Shown: piece by piece, positions 33,881 to 43,838 of the stretch
Numbering within the stretch: position 1 is the first letter of the stretch
Layout: each line of letters starts with the position of its first letter
DNA from: a virus
Length of the DNA: 64,000 nucleotides
Virus record (IMG/VR): IMGVR_UViG_3300017917_002401
Span: 1 to 64,000 of that record
Direction: 5' to 3' (one strand)
Notes under the pieces: model-generated
What the model was told of the DNA's origin: nothing
Databases searched by the model: none
What the model saw: only the letters and a program-made list of their open reading frames with translations
Position numbers and translations under genes: made by a program

Positions 33881-35181
33881 TGCTGCTAATATCTCGTTCG
33901 GACATAGATCGTGATGCTATAACTGAGTTTGATGCTAGTCGCCGATTTATTAAACTACCTATTGTTAACTACTTAAAGCTGCTAGATATCTGGGACACGG
34001 TAAACCGTCCACAAATGGCCCTAATCAACGCGGTGAATTCACCCAAGTACCGTTTCATTTGCGCCGCGCTAGCGCGCCGTCTAGGAAAAACTTATATAGC
34101 CAACGTAATCGGCCAGTTAGTGACACTGGTCCCGGGGTCGAATGTACTTATTATTTCACCCAACTATAACCTTTCGTCAATTTCATTCGACTTGCAACGT
34201 AAGCTGATCCGTCACTTTGACCTAGAAGTTGCGCGCGATAACCTAAAAGATAAAATAATTGAGCTGGAAAATGGAAGTACCATTCGCATGGGTAGTTTGT
34301 CAACGGTAGATAGTTGTGTTGGTCGCAGCTACGACTTGATTATTTTTGATGAAGCTGCACTAGGTGAGGGCGGTGAGGCTGCGTTTAACGTTGCGCTACG
34401 TCCTACTCTGGACAAGCCCAATGCAAAAGCCATTTTTATTAGTACACCCCGTGGTAAGCAGAACTGGTTTAGTCAATTTTGGAATCGCGGCTTTGACCCT
34501 AACTTTCCGGAGTGGGTTAGCCTGCAAGCTGATTATACTGAAAACACTCGCATGGCTGAGTCAGACGTGGCAGAAGCTCGTCGTGCTATGTCGCGAGCAG
34601 AATTTGAGCAAGAGTACATGGCTTCGTTTACCACATATGAGGGTCAGATTTTTAATCTAGCCGAATCAGATGTAATCGAAGACTTGCCTGAACACGTTAT
34701 TAGTGGCAATAGTTGTGAATACATTGCTGGTTGTGACCCTGGCTATCGCGACTATACTGCGTTTGTGGTATTAGCATATTCGTGGATTGATGACTGCTTT
34801 TATGTACTAGACGAATACTTGGATAATGAAAAAACCACATCAGGGCATGCTGAAGAGTTTCAGAAGCTGGTAGGCAAGTGGGGTGTTGAGATTGTGTTTA
34901 TTGATAGTGCTGCTGCACAGTTTGCTGCTGACCTTGCCTATACCTACAATATTGCAACAACCAAAGCCAAAAAAGATGTGCTACCTGGAATTGCTTATGC
35001 TCAAACACTTGTGGGTCAAGGTCGCCTGAAAATCGCCAAGCACTGTACTCATGTACTAGCAATGATGGATCAGTATCGCTGGGATGACAAAGAAGGGCTA
35101 CAGCGTGAGCGTCCAAAACACGATGACTATTCGCACATGGCAGACGCACTGCGATATGCTCTCTATAGTTATACCATTTAA
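33880..35181 (+). CDS. terL: terminase large subunit
   Basis: ARRLGKT Walker A, IIFDEAA Walker B, ISTPRG, DPG, HMADALRY. Confidence 0.97.
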   Translation: MLLISRSDIDRDAITEFDASRRFIKLPIVNYLKLLDIWDTVNRPQMALINAVNSPKYRFICAALARRLGKTYIANVIGQLVTLVPGSNVLIISPNYNLSSISFDLQRKLIRHFDLEVARDNLKDKIIELENGSTIRMGSLSTVDSCVGRSYDLIIFDEAALGEGGEAAFNVALRPTLDKPNAKAIFISTPRGKQNWFSQFWNRGFDPNFPEWVSLQADYTENTRMAESDVAEARRAMSRAEFEQEYMASFTTYEGQIFNLAESDVIEDLPEHVISGNSCEYIAGCDPGYRDYTAFVVLAYSWIDDCFYVLDEYLDNEKTTSGHAEEFQKLVGKWGVEIVFIDSAAAQFAADLAYTYNIATTKAKKDVLPGIAYAQTLVGQGRLKIAKHCTHVLAMMDQYRWDDKEGLQRERPKHDDYSHMADALRYALYSYTI

Positions 35182-35248
35182 TTGTTTATTTTAGCACAGT
35201 CGAACTGTGCTGTCAAGTCAACCAGTTATGGTATAAAAAATTTTATCA

Positions 35249-35277
35249 TTGACTATTTGCTGCTCTTAGAGTATAAT
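35249..35277 (+). promoter_or_regulatory. sigma70-type late promoter
   Basis: TTGACT-17-TATAAT with AAAAAATTT UP tract. Similar promoters at 43742 and 58122. Confidence 0.75.
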
Positions 35278-35300
35278 ACTAGGAATGCACAGGTACATGT

Positions 35301-35732
35301 ATGGCCAAAAACACCAATAAAAGAATCCCTGTAAAATGGGTTCGAGACAGGGCAAAAAAAGCCTATGAAACTCGTGACTGTTGCGATATCTGTGGAACAG
35401 ATAAAGATCTGGAGCTCCACCACACACATTCTATCACTATTTTACTTGAATCATGGGCTACTCGTCAAGGTTACGACATTTCCACTGATGAAGGCATTTT
35501 AGCTGTTCGTGATGAGTTTATAGCGGAGCACCATAAAGAACTGTATGAAGACGTGTATACCTTGTGTAATTTCCATCACGTCAAACTACATGGTGTATAT
35601 GGTAAAGCCCCGCCTCCAGGCTCTGAATCCAAGCAAGCACGCTGGGTTGCGTTACAGCGAGAAAAGTTTCTATCGGGTGGGCGTGAAATACCACAACAAA
35701 GTCATGGTTCGTCTTTTAGTGAATTCTACTAG
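35301..35732 (+). CDS. HNH-type nicking endonuclease (T5-like)
   Basis: CDICG...LELHH...TLC..HH.KLH.VYG, between terL and portal as in T5. Confidence 0.85.
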   Translation: MAKNTNKRIPVKWVRDRAKKAYETRDCCDICGTDKDLELHHTHSITILLESWATRQGYDISTDEGILAVRDEFIAEHHKELYEDVYTLCNFHHVKLHGVYGKAPPPGSESKQARWVALQREKFLSGGREIPQQSHGSSFSEFY

Positions 35733-35741
35733 GAACGAATA

Positions 35742-36926
35742 ATGAATTGGTTTACCAAAAGTTACGACTGGATGCGCGAAAAGCTTAATCCAGCACAAGA
35801 TCGTATTGCCTATCAAGAAGGTTTGTACATAGGCAGTACACAAAAGATTACTTACCAACAAGCTTTTCAAAAGCTTGAGGTTGTTAACCGCAGCGTATCA
35901 ATGCTGGTTAACGCATGCGCTAGTCTAGACTACGATGTAAAAGACAAACAAAATGATGGAGTTGTTGTAGGTGTTCGTCAAAAGACCCTAAACAACTTAC
36001 TTAATTTCAAACCAAACCCATATCAATCAATACAAGAATTTCGTCAAGCAATTTTCCAAGACTTGGTAATTGAGGGTAACGTATTTGTTTATTTTGATGG
36101 TACTTTTATGTACCACTTGCCGGCACAAAACGTACAAATTCTAACAGATACCAAAACGTTTATCCGCGGATATCGTTACATGGGTACTATTGATTTCAAA
36201 GAAGAAGACGTATTTCACTTCCGTGATTTACACGCACAATCTATCTACCGTGGCAGCAGCCGCTTAGAAAGTGCACAGCGTAGTATTGATATACTATACG
36301 CCATGGAAGATTTCCAGGAAAAATTCTTTGATAATGGTGCGATTTTTGGTTTAGTGCTAACAAGTGATAATACATTATCACAAGTTGCCAAAGAAAAAAC
36401 AATATCCAACTGGGTACAGCGTTATAACGCTAAGAATGGTGGCAAGCGTCCAATCATTCTTGACAGCGGTTTAAAACCTACTCAAGTTGGTCAAGGCACG
36501 TTTAAAGATCTGGACTTTGACGAGTCTATTAAAACGCATAATGATCGTATTGCGGTAAGTGTAGGCGTTCCACCAATCCTTCTAGACGGTGGTAATAACG
36601 CTAACATTAGTCCTAACCTACGATTGTTTTATCTGGAAACTGTAATGCCAATTGTTAGAAAATATGTTTCTAGCCTTGAGCGTTATTTCGGATATGATAT
36701 TGAGGCAATTACTGCTAATGTATCAGCTTTACAGCCTGATATCAAAGAAATTGCACAATATCACGCAACTCTTGTAAATGGCGGCATTATCACTCCAAAT
36801 GAAGCCAGAAAAGAACTTCGTTATGAGCCTATACCGGGCAATGACGACTTAAGAGTACCTGCTAATATTGCGGGTAGTGCTGCAGATCCATCGCAAGGTG
36901 GAAAACCGCCGCAACCAAAGGAGTAA
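35742..36926 (+). CDS. portal protein (HK97-type)
   Basis: PNPYQS, GNVF, GVPPILL, GIITPNEAR. Confidence 0.95.
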   Translation: MNWFTKSYDWMREKLNPAQDRIAYQEGLYIGSTQKITYQQAFQKLEVVNRSVSMLVNACASLDYDVKDKQNDGVVVGVRQKTLNNLLNFKPNPYQSIQEFRQAIFQDLVIEGNVFVYFDGTFMYHLPAQNVQILTDTKTFIRGYRYMGTIDFKEEDVFHFRDLHAQSIYRGSSRLESAQRSIDILYAMEDFQEKFFDNGAIFGLVLTSDNTLSQVAKEKTISNWVQRYNAKNGGKRPIILDSGLKPTQVGQGTFKDLDFDESIKTHNDRIAVSVGVPPILLDGGNNANISPNLRLFYLETVMPIVRKYVSSLERYFGYDIEAITANVSALQPDIKEIAQYHATLVNGGIITPNEARKELRYEPIPGNDDLRVPANIAGSAADPSQGGKPPQPKE

Positions 36927-36927
36927 T

Positions 36928-38874
36928 ATGGTAGATAAAAATAAAATCCTTTACGTGAACTCTGCGTTCAGTGTAAAGGCACTACCAAGCGACTCAGGTG
37001 ATGGTACCGGATCGGTTACTATCGAAGGCTACGCAAGTACCAACGATGTTGACCGTCAAGGTGACGTTGTACCAACAGGTGTATGGGAAAAAGGTTTAAC
37101 GAATTACTTAAATAATCCAGTAATTCTTGCTTACCACGACCATAGTATGCCTGTGGGTAGAATGATTGAACACAAGATCGATAAAAAAGGTCTATGGATC
37201 AAAGCAACTATCTCCGAAGCTGCTGGTAATGTTTACAATTTAGTTAAAAACGGTATTCTAACCGCGTTTAGTATTGGCTTCCGTGTTATGGATGCCGAAT
37301 ATAAAAGTGATGCAGAAGTATTCTTAATCAAAGATCTAGAACTACATGAAATTAGTGTCGTGTCAGTTCCTGCTAATCAAAACACTTTATTTAGTCTTTC
37401 TAAGGCATTTGAGACAGCCGAAGATTATCAGTCATTTAAAATGCAGTTTGCAACCAGTAGCGACTCAGCTAAAGGGCTAGAAGCCTCCGGTACCGCAAAA
37501 AGCGATATTACAAAGGAATGGAACATGGATCCAAAAGATTTAGAAAAAATGTTAGCTGATGCTGCTGCCAAGGCTGCTCAAGCTGTTGTTGAAAAACAAG
37601 CTGCTGAAAAAGCTGCTGCTGACAAAGCTGCTGCTGAACAAGCTGAATTTGATGCTCGCGTTAAGGCTGCCGTTGCTCAGGTAACAGTTGGTCAAAGCGG
37701 TGCAGAAAAGCTACTAGCTGACGTAGAAAAGAAATTAGCTGATGCTCAAGCTGAACAAGCCAAAGCCCTAGAAGGCCTACAAGCCGAACTAAAGGCCAAG
37801 TCTGTTGAACTAGAAGCTATCACAAAGAGCCGTATGCAATTTGGCGATACAAAGCCAGGCGAAATGGCTTATGCAGAAAAAGAAAAGGCAGTTCTATTAG
37901 CTAAGGCTATGGGCCGCCGTGTTGAAGATACCAAGTTTGGTGCCGAAATGGTCCAAAAGTATGGTCAACACTTACCAAGCGCTACATGGGAACTAGAAGT
38001 TAATCTAAACCTAGAAGCTGAAGTTCGTCGTCGTTTAGTTGTTGCTCCTCTGCTACGTCAGATCACAATGCAAACTAACGTTATGACAATCCCAGTAAAC
38101 CCAGAAGCAGGCGTTGCATCTTGGGTTACTAACGCTCAGTTTGGTAGCTCTAACAGTTCCGGTGGTTCTAGTTCTACAACTGGTTTCACACCAGGCGTTG
38201 GTTCTCCGCATGCATTAAAAGAAATTACCCTAAACGCTTACAAAGTAGCTACAAACGAATACCTAGCATACGAAGAAGAAGAAGATTCTCTAATCGCTCT
38301 AATGCCAGTTATCCGTGAAGCTATGGTACGTCGTTTAGCACGTGCTGTTGACCGCGCATTCCTACGTGGTGCAGGTTCTGGTAGCGACCCAGTTAAAGGT
38401 CTAGCAGGTTACGACGCAGTTGCTGACGTAACTCCAAGCGCAGCTAGCGGTGTTGTTACCGTTGCTAATATGCGCGCTATGCGTAAGAGCCTAGGCGGTT
38501 GGGGTCTAGATCCAGCTGAAATCGTTTATGTTGTTTCTCAAGACGTATACTACGATCTATTAGAAGATACAACATTCCAGACAATGAACCAAGTTGGTCC
38601 AGCTGCTACTTTACTAACTGGTCAAATCGGTTCTATCGGTAACAGCCCAGTTCTAGTATCTGCTGAATTCGACAGCAAGGCTAGCGGTGCTCTAGGTGCT
38701 ATCGCCTTTGCTCCAGCTAACTTCATCGTTGGTTCTCAGCGTGGTATCCGTGTTGATACACAAGAGCTAGTAGAAACTCAGCGCCGTGTATTCGTAGCAA
38801 GCCTACGTACAGGTATGACACAACTAACTACTAACCTAGGTAGTGGTGTTGGCAAGCTAGTTTACGCTGCTTAA
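36928..38874 (+). CDS. prohead protease read in frame with the major capsid protein
   Basis: IEGYAS...DRQGDVV...H...FSIGF...EISVVSVPAN, no stop before the HK97-fold capsid. Confidence 0.9.
   Translation: MVDKNKILYVNSAFSVKALPSDSGDGTGSVTIEGYASTNDVDRQGDVVPTGVWEKGLTNYLNNPVILAYHDHSMPVGRMIEHKIDKKGLWIKATISEAAGNVYNLVKNGILTAFSIGFRVMDAEYKSDAEVFLIKDLELHEISVVSVPANQNTLFSLSKAFETAEDYQSFKMQFATSSDSAKGLEASGTAKSDITKEWNMDPKDLEKMLADAAAKAAQAVVEKQAAEKAAADKAAAEQAEFDARVKAAVAQVTVGQSGAEKLLADVEKKLADAQAEQAKALEGLQAELKAKSVELEAITKSRMQFGDTKPGEMAYAEKEKAVLLAKAMGRRVEDTKFGAEMVQKYGQHLPSATWELEVNLNLEAEVRRRLVVAPLLRQITMQTNVMTIPVNPEAGVASWVTNAQFGSSNSSGGSSSTTGFTPGVGSPHALKEITLNAYKVATNEYLAYEEEEDSLIALMPVIREAMVRRLARAVDRAFLRGAGSGSDPVKGLAGYDAVADVTPSAASGVVTVANMRAMRKSLGGWGLDPAEIVYVVSQDVYYDLLEDTTFQTMNQVGPAATLLTGQIGSIGNSPVLVSAEFDSKASGALGAIAFAPANFIVGSQRGIRVDTQELVETQRRVFVASLRTGMTQLTTNLGSGVGKLVYAA
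37525..38874 (+). CDS. major capsid protein (internal in-frame start, Delta scaffold + HK97 fold)
   Basis: AAAGGA RBS before ATG 37525, Ala/Lys/Glu-rich coiled coil, D.AFLRG.G....KG. Confidence 0.85.
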   Translation: MDPKDLEKMLADAAAKAAQAVVEKQAAEKAAADKAAAEQAEFDARVKAAVAQVTVGQSGAEKLLADVEKKLADAQAEQAKALEGLQAELKAKSVELEAITKSRMQFGDTKPGEMAYAEKEKAVLLAKAMGRRVEDTKFGAEMVQKYGQHLPSATWELEVNLNLEAEVRRRLVVAPLLRQITMQTNVMTIPVNPEAGVASWVTNAQFGSSNSSGGSSSTTGFTPGVGSPHALKEITLNAYKVATNEYLAYEEEEDSLIALMPVIREAMVRRLARAVDRAFLRGAGSGSDPVKGLAGYDAVADVTPSAASGVVTVANMRAMRKSLGGWGLDPAEIVYVVSQDVYYDLLEDTTFQTMNQVGPAATLLTGQIGSIGNSPVLVSAEFDSKASGALGAIAFAPANFIVGSQRGIRVDTQELVETQRRVFVASLRTGMTQLTTNLGSGVGKLVYAA

Positions 38875-38893
38875 TTTTAACATAAGTTAAACT

Positions 38894-38921
38894 GACAAGG
38901 ATCGAAAGATCCTTGTCTTTT
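38894..38921 (+). terminator. intrinsic terminator
   Basis: GACAAGGATC-GAAA-GATCCTTGTC-TTTT. Confidence 0.85.
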
Positions 38922-38965
38922 AATAGGATTCTTAGAGTCTTATTAAAAGACAATGAAAGGGTGCT

Positions 38966-39532
38966 ATGGGTGCAAATTTAGTAACACTACAAGAATACAA
39001 AACACATACCGGCATCACTAGTACTAATCAAGATGCTGAGTTAAATGCAATAATTCCACAAGTTTCGGAATTAGTAAAAACTTATTGCCGTCGTAGTTTT
39101 ATTGATTACTATGACGAAGCAAAAACTGAAATTTTTAATGGTGGATTCAAAGAACTACTACTAAAAGAAGTTCCAGTTGTACAAATTATTAGTGTTTCAC
39201 AAAGCCAAAATTATGGTCAAACCTATGAAAAGTTAGTAAAATTTACTGACTGGGTACAAAAAGATGATCAAATCATTAGTTTGAGTCCACAAGGTTTTCC
39301 GGAAAAAATAAATGGTTACAAGGTAGATTATTTTGCAGGATATGAAACAGTGCCTGCTGATTTAAAAATTGCTATCCTTGATTTAATGTACTATTATATG
39401 CGTAGCGACAGTGCAGTTCATAGCACAAAGTCTATTAGTCCAAATACTATGCAAGTAGAATACATTACCAATACAGGCTTTCCAGCGCATATTAAGCGCA
39501 TCTTAGATATGTATATGGTGGATTATCTATAA
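38966..39532 (+). CDS. head completion / head-tail connector
   Basis: LVTL.EYK...YFAGY..VP.DLK.A, synteny. Confidence 0.85.
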   Translation: MGANLVTLQEYKTHTGITSTNQDAELNAIIPQVSELVKTYCRRSFIDYYDEAKTEIFNGGFKELLLKEVPVVQIISVSQSQNYGQTYEKLVKFTDWVQKDDQIISLSPQGFPEKINGYKVDYFAGYETVPADLKIAILDLMYYYMRSDSAVHSTKSISPNTMQVEYITNTGFPAHIKRILDMYMVDYL

Positions 39533-41151
39533 TGGCCCGTAAGCTGCATTTTTCAAGATTATTAGATATTATTAGCGGCAGTGCTTTAGCTGGTGCAAAT
39601 ACTAAAGTGCAGCGCAGTGCGTTATATAAAGATTTTGATGTAGCTAAGTTGGAATCAAAAAAGCTTCGAGACTTGATTGATTCGAACTTGCCTACATTCT
39701 ATATAGTAAATTTAGATACTATAGTAGAAGAATTAAGTAACGGATTAGGCATTGATACATTCAAAGAGAATGAAATGTATGTCAAAGCCCAAATGCCTAC
39801 TAAAAAAGAATTAAAAACGTTTCTATTAAAAACTTTAACTAATACTATTAACAAACTCCCTAAAAAAGAGTTCATGGTTTCCTACCAGCAAGTAGTAAAA
39901 GAATATAATAAACTAATAGACGCGCTAGCAAACAGATCTAGTTATGTTGGCTACAGAAATGCTGCAACTAGATTTGGTGCGGACATAAGAAGATTATTAA
40001 AAACCAGTGGAGTATATGTTGCCACTGATGGACCAAATATTGTAGCAAATTTACAGCCTAACTCTTTTGTAGTTATCGGCCCTACATTTAATGCTGCTGT
40101 AGAAAATGTTAATAAATTAATTAATACAGATCTAAGAGCTGCATTTGTAAAAACATACGATATAAACCTTAAAGAATATAATGCTGACCCAAAGAATAGA
40201 TTTACTATTGGTGATATCATAAACGCAGGCCATACAGCAGCATACTCTGAAAAAGGTAGCTTAATTGGCGTTAATATGCCCTTCGCCCAAGAGCGACAGT
40301 TCTTGCTAGCTGGTACAGAAAAAGCAGTAGGTATAGATGCGGCAGTGTCCGATTTATACTTAGACGCAGGTTACGCAATAAAGTTTAATCAAAACTATAC
40401 AGATACTGCAACTAATTTATTAGATATGCAATTTAGTTTTGTTATAACTATGCCTGCAAAATATAACACAGCTACTTTACGTACTCAAGAATTACAAAGA
40501 ATTAAAGAGTATATTGGTTCCACAATAGTACCTACTATTGCTGAACAAGCCAAGAAAAAATTCACAGGTGGATTGCTAGAAGATATCGCTCTTAATACTT
40601 CGGCATCACCAACTTTACCAGAATTTATAAAAGACGCTATTATAGCAGGTATTTCTGGTAAACCTATAAAAAAGACTGTAAAATCTTCTACTGCCAAAGC
40701 AAAGGGTAATATAAAGACCCATGTAATAGTTAAAGACCCTAAACCGTCAAAATTAACAGCAAAATCTGGTGGTACAAATATACAGTCGCAAAAATTAAAC
40801 TATTCCCAGCAAATAACCTATGATTTTAGTTTAACTAGTTTGCAGAAATTGATCTCTGAAAAACTATTTGAAACAGTTAAAAGAAACATGGGTACTGGAG
40901 ATAGGCGTGATGTTCTAAATTACAGAACAGGAAGATTTGCAGAATCGGTTAAATTAGAGCGTCTTACTCAAACCAAAAGCGATATGATAACGGCATTTTA
41001 CAGTTATATGAAAAATCCGTATGCAACTTTCAGTGATGGTGGAGCACAACAATTTCCTAGATCAAGAGACCCAAAAGCCCTTATTTCTAAATCTATACGA
41101 GAAATAGCTGCTTTAGAAGTCTCTAATAAATTAAGGGCTGTATCGGTATGA
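39532..41151 (+). CDS. tail completion protein with long N-terminal extension
   Basis: C-terminal LNYRTGRFAESV...Y.YM..PY..F...RDP..LI..SIR like T5 p143. Confidence 0.75.
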   Translation: MARKLHFSRLLDIISGSALAGANTKVQRSALYKDFDVAKLESKKLRDLIDSNLPTFYIVNLDTIVEELSNGLGIDTFKENEMYVKAQMPTKKELKTFLLKTLTNTINKLPKKEFMVSYQQVVKEYNKLIDALANRSSYVGYRNAATRFGADIRRLLKTSGVYVATDGPNIVANLQPNSFVVIGPTFNAAVENVNKLINTDLRAAFVKTYDINLKEYNADPKNRFTIGDIINAGHTAAYSEKGSLIGVNMPFAQERQFLLAGTEKAVGIDAAVSDLYLDAGYAIKFNQNYTDTATNLLDMQFSFVITMPAKYNTATLRTQELQRIKEYIGSTIVPTIAEQAKKKFTGGLLEDIALNTSASPTLPEFIKDAIIAGISGKPIKKTVKSSTAKAKGNIKTHVIVKDPKPSKLTAKSGGTNIQSQKLNYSQQITYDFSLTSLQKLISEKLFETVKRNMGTGDRRDVLNYRTGRFAESVKLERLTQTKSDMITAFYSYMKNPYATFSDGGAQQFPRSRDPKALISKSIREIAALEVSNKLRAVSV

Positions 41152-41588
41152 GCAGAAGAACAAGTATAGTAAAAGCCCTGGCAGAAAAGTTTAAAGAAAT
41201 AGACGGAACCAATGGGTATAATGTAAATCTATTTGGTAACGTCTATCCAAAATTAAAGTTCTGGGATGAGGTAAACGATTTCCCAGCAGTATATATGGTA
41301 GCAGGTAGTGAGCAACGAGAATATCACCCAGCTAACTTTACATGGGCATATTTAGGAGTATCGGTCAAGGTCTATGTTCGGGGCGAAGACGACCCACAGA
41401 CTACACTAGAGTTATTATTAGAAGATTTAGAAAAATGCGTTAATAATAATAGAGTCCTTACCTATGATAAAGACAATAGTTATGATACTACCGAAATATT
41501 GGTTCAGTCTATAACTACCGACGAAGGCTTATTGCATCCATATGCCGTGGGTGAAATAAACCTACAAGTGCGTTATGCACTAATGTAA
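41148..41588 (+). CDS. tail terminator protein
   Basis: F.DEVNDFP...TDEGLL.PY..GE. Confidence 0.85.
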   Translation: MSRRTSIVKALAEKFKEIDGTNGYNVNLFGNVYPKLKFWDEVNDFPAVYMVAGSEQREYHPANFTWAYLGVSVKVYVRGEDDPQTTLELLLEDLEKCVNNNRVLTYDKDNSYDTTEILVQSITTDEGLLHPYAVGEINLQVRYALM

Positions 41589-41668
41589 CAAAATAGAGTA
41601 TTAGCGCATTAATACAGATAAATGTCTAGTAACAGTGCTTATAATACCAAAATCATAAAGGAAAGATT

Positions 41669-42856
41669 ATGGCATTAAATTTAGTACGTAATAGTAAGGT
41701 ATTCTTTACTACAAACGTTGACACATTAGGTAAGGTGTTAGCTAGTGGCTTTGATGCCGCTAACACCCATGAGATCCAAGTTCTAGACGGTTTCACATTC
41801 TCTCAGAATACAAACAGTGATACAGTTACTATTAGTGAAGGCGGTGCTGCTCCAGTTCGTGGACAACGCTCTTTCAACACTAGTTTAGCTCCAGTGGATT
41901 TCTCTTTTTCTAGTTATATCCGCCCAGCTTTTGATGATGCAAACAGTGTAGTTATTGCTGAAGAAGACGTTTTATGGAACGCTATCAGTGGTACTGCTGT
42001 AATTGGTCAAACTAATGCAGGTTGGGTAGCTGGTCAAAGTTATAGTTCTGCTAATTTTGCTCACAGTAATGCTCACCAGCTACTAAAGTTTGGTATGATC
42101 TTTATTGTTGACCAAGTTGCTTATGCTGTTGATAACTGCTCCCTAAACCAAGTTACAATCGACTTTGGACTAGATGCTATCGCTACAGGTGCATGGACTG
42201 GCCAAGGTACTACACTACGTCAACTAGGTAATGGTATTACTGCAGTAGGCGGAACATTTGGTGGTACAGGTGTTGCTGGTGCTTACAAAGTCAAGAATAC
42301 AACTGCTAATTACATTACCAACAAGCTATCTACAGTCGCTTTAAGTTTAGTTAAAGATCTAAAAGATGCCGCAGGTACTACAGTTGCCGCAGCTGGAGCT
42401 AGTTACACAGTTGCTATTACTGGTGGTTCTATTACTATTAATAACAATATCAACTATATCACACCAGCTAACCTAGGAACAGTTAACCTACCTGTTACTT
42501 ACTACACAGGTCAACGAGCAATTACTGGTACAGTGAATGCTTACCTAAAAACAGGTGCTAGCGAAACTGGTACTGGTAAACTTCTAGCAGATATGTTAAC
42601 AGCAGCTACAGTTACTGTTGAGCCAATGTTTGCTATGGCTATTTCTGTTGGTGGCGGTGCTAACTCTGTGAAAGTTGTTCTAGACATGCCAAGTGCAGTT
42701 CTAACAATTCCTACAGTTGATGTTCAGCAAGTTATTTCTACTGCTATTAACTTCACAGCTCAGGGCAGTACAGGTACTGGAAACAGCGCTGTTTACGATC
42801 TAACACAAACTAACGATCTAACAGTTAAGTACTACTCTCCAGATCTAACCGTTTAA
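41669..42856 (+). CDS. major tail tube protein (T5 pb6-like)
   Basis: EIQVLDGFTFSQ...RGQRSFNTSL.PVDFSFS.YIRP. Confidence 0.9.
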   Translation: MALNLVRNSKVFFTTNVDTLGKVLASGFDAANTHEIQVLDGFTFSQNTNSDTVTISEGGAAPVRGQRSFNTSLAPVDFSFSSYIRPAFDDANSVVIAEEDVLWNAISGTAVIGQTNAGWVAGQSYSSANFAHSNAHQLLKFGMIFIVDQVAYAVDNCSLNQVTIDFGLDAIATGAWTGQGTTLRQLGNGITAVGGTFGGTGVAGAYKVKNTTANYITNKLSTVALSLVKDLKDAAGTTVAAAGASYTVAITGGSITINNNINYITPANLGTVNLPVTYYTGQRAITGTVNAYLKTGASETGTGKLLADMLTAATVTVEPMFAMAISVGGGANSVKVVLDMPSAVLTIPTVDVQQVISTAINFTAQGSTGTGNSAVYDLTQTNDLTVKYYSPDLTV

Positions 42857-42924
42857 TCTAAAGTTTCAAGGGGTGGCTTGATCACCACCCCGCTTTTTAA
42901 TAATATAACAGGATACTAAATCCA

Positions 42925-43335
42925 ATGTCAGAAATTTCGTTAAAATCGCTACTGGTACCATCAAAAACAGTTGATGTAGAGTATCCAGGACTACCTGGTT
43001 TTACAGTTACCTTATCTTTCTTAACTCGTGAAACGCTGCTTAATATTCGTAAAAAGTCTACAAAGACTGTTTTCAAAAATCGTCAGCCGCAAGAAGAATT
43101 CGACGAGCACTTATTCTTAGACCTATATACTAAAGCTGCTGTAAAAAGCTGGAAAGGCTTAAAACTAGCTTATCTAGAACAACTAGCTCCAGTAGATCTA
43201 ACGGGTCAAGATTTAGATAATACTCTTGCATACTCAGAAGAAAATGCCGTTTATCTAATGAAAGAAAGCTCAAACTTTGACGCTTTTGTTAGCGAGAAAG
43301 TATCTGACTTGGGAAACTTTTCGAGCAGCAAATAA
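42925..43335 (+). CDS. tail assembly chaperone (G-like)
   Basis: Position, GGGAAAC slippery site at 43311. Confidence 0.85.
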   Translation: MSEISLKSLLVPSKTVDVEYPGLPGFTVTLSFLTRETLLNIRKKSTKTVFKNRQPQEEFDEHLFLDLYTKAAVKSWKGLKLAYLEQLAPVDLTGQDLDNTLAYSEENAVYLMKESSNFDAFVSEKVSDLGNFSSSK

Positions 43336-43349
43336 GTCGAATAGAGCCA

Positions 43350-43703
43350 ATGTTGGTTTCCTTTATTCAAAATAGCGGCGTTAAAATGACAAAGCAGATG
43401 TATTTTGAAATGTGTGAAGCTCTTGGCAATGAGCCTGTTGAAAGCGAAATACCCGTTGATTTAGAAGATTTTCCTGTTGAAATACAAGAAGTCTTAGAAC
43501 TGTATAAGTTTTTAAAAGATGATTGGGAACCCATGAGTGGTTCTTATATGGGTAAACACTTTATAGGTATCCTAGACATACTTGACTTATTTGAAATAGA
43601 TAGCAGAGATAGAAAGATATATTTATCTCTGTTATACATGATCGACTCGATAAGATCCAAAGAAATTAAAAAGCAGCAAGCTGCAACTAAGCCTCAGTCT
43701 TAA
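43350..43703 (+). CDS. tail assembly chaperone (T-like, -1 frameshift extension)
   Basis: In frame with the -1 frame at 43311. Confidence 0.8.
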   Translation: MLVSFIQNSGVKMTKQMYFEMCEALGNEPVESEIPVDLEDFPVEIQEVLELYKFLKDDWEPMSGSYMGKHFIGILDILDLFEIDSRDRKIYLSLLYMIDSIRSKEIKKQQAATKPQS

Positions 43704-43838
43704 TAAACTGAGGCTTTTTTATTGTCCAAAAATTTTTAGTATTGACAGAAATTAGCTAATCTGTTATAATGGTACAAATTAGTATTATGTTTCAAATTTT
43801 TTGAAACCAGCCACATAAATTCCCAGATTGGAGGAAAA

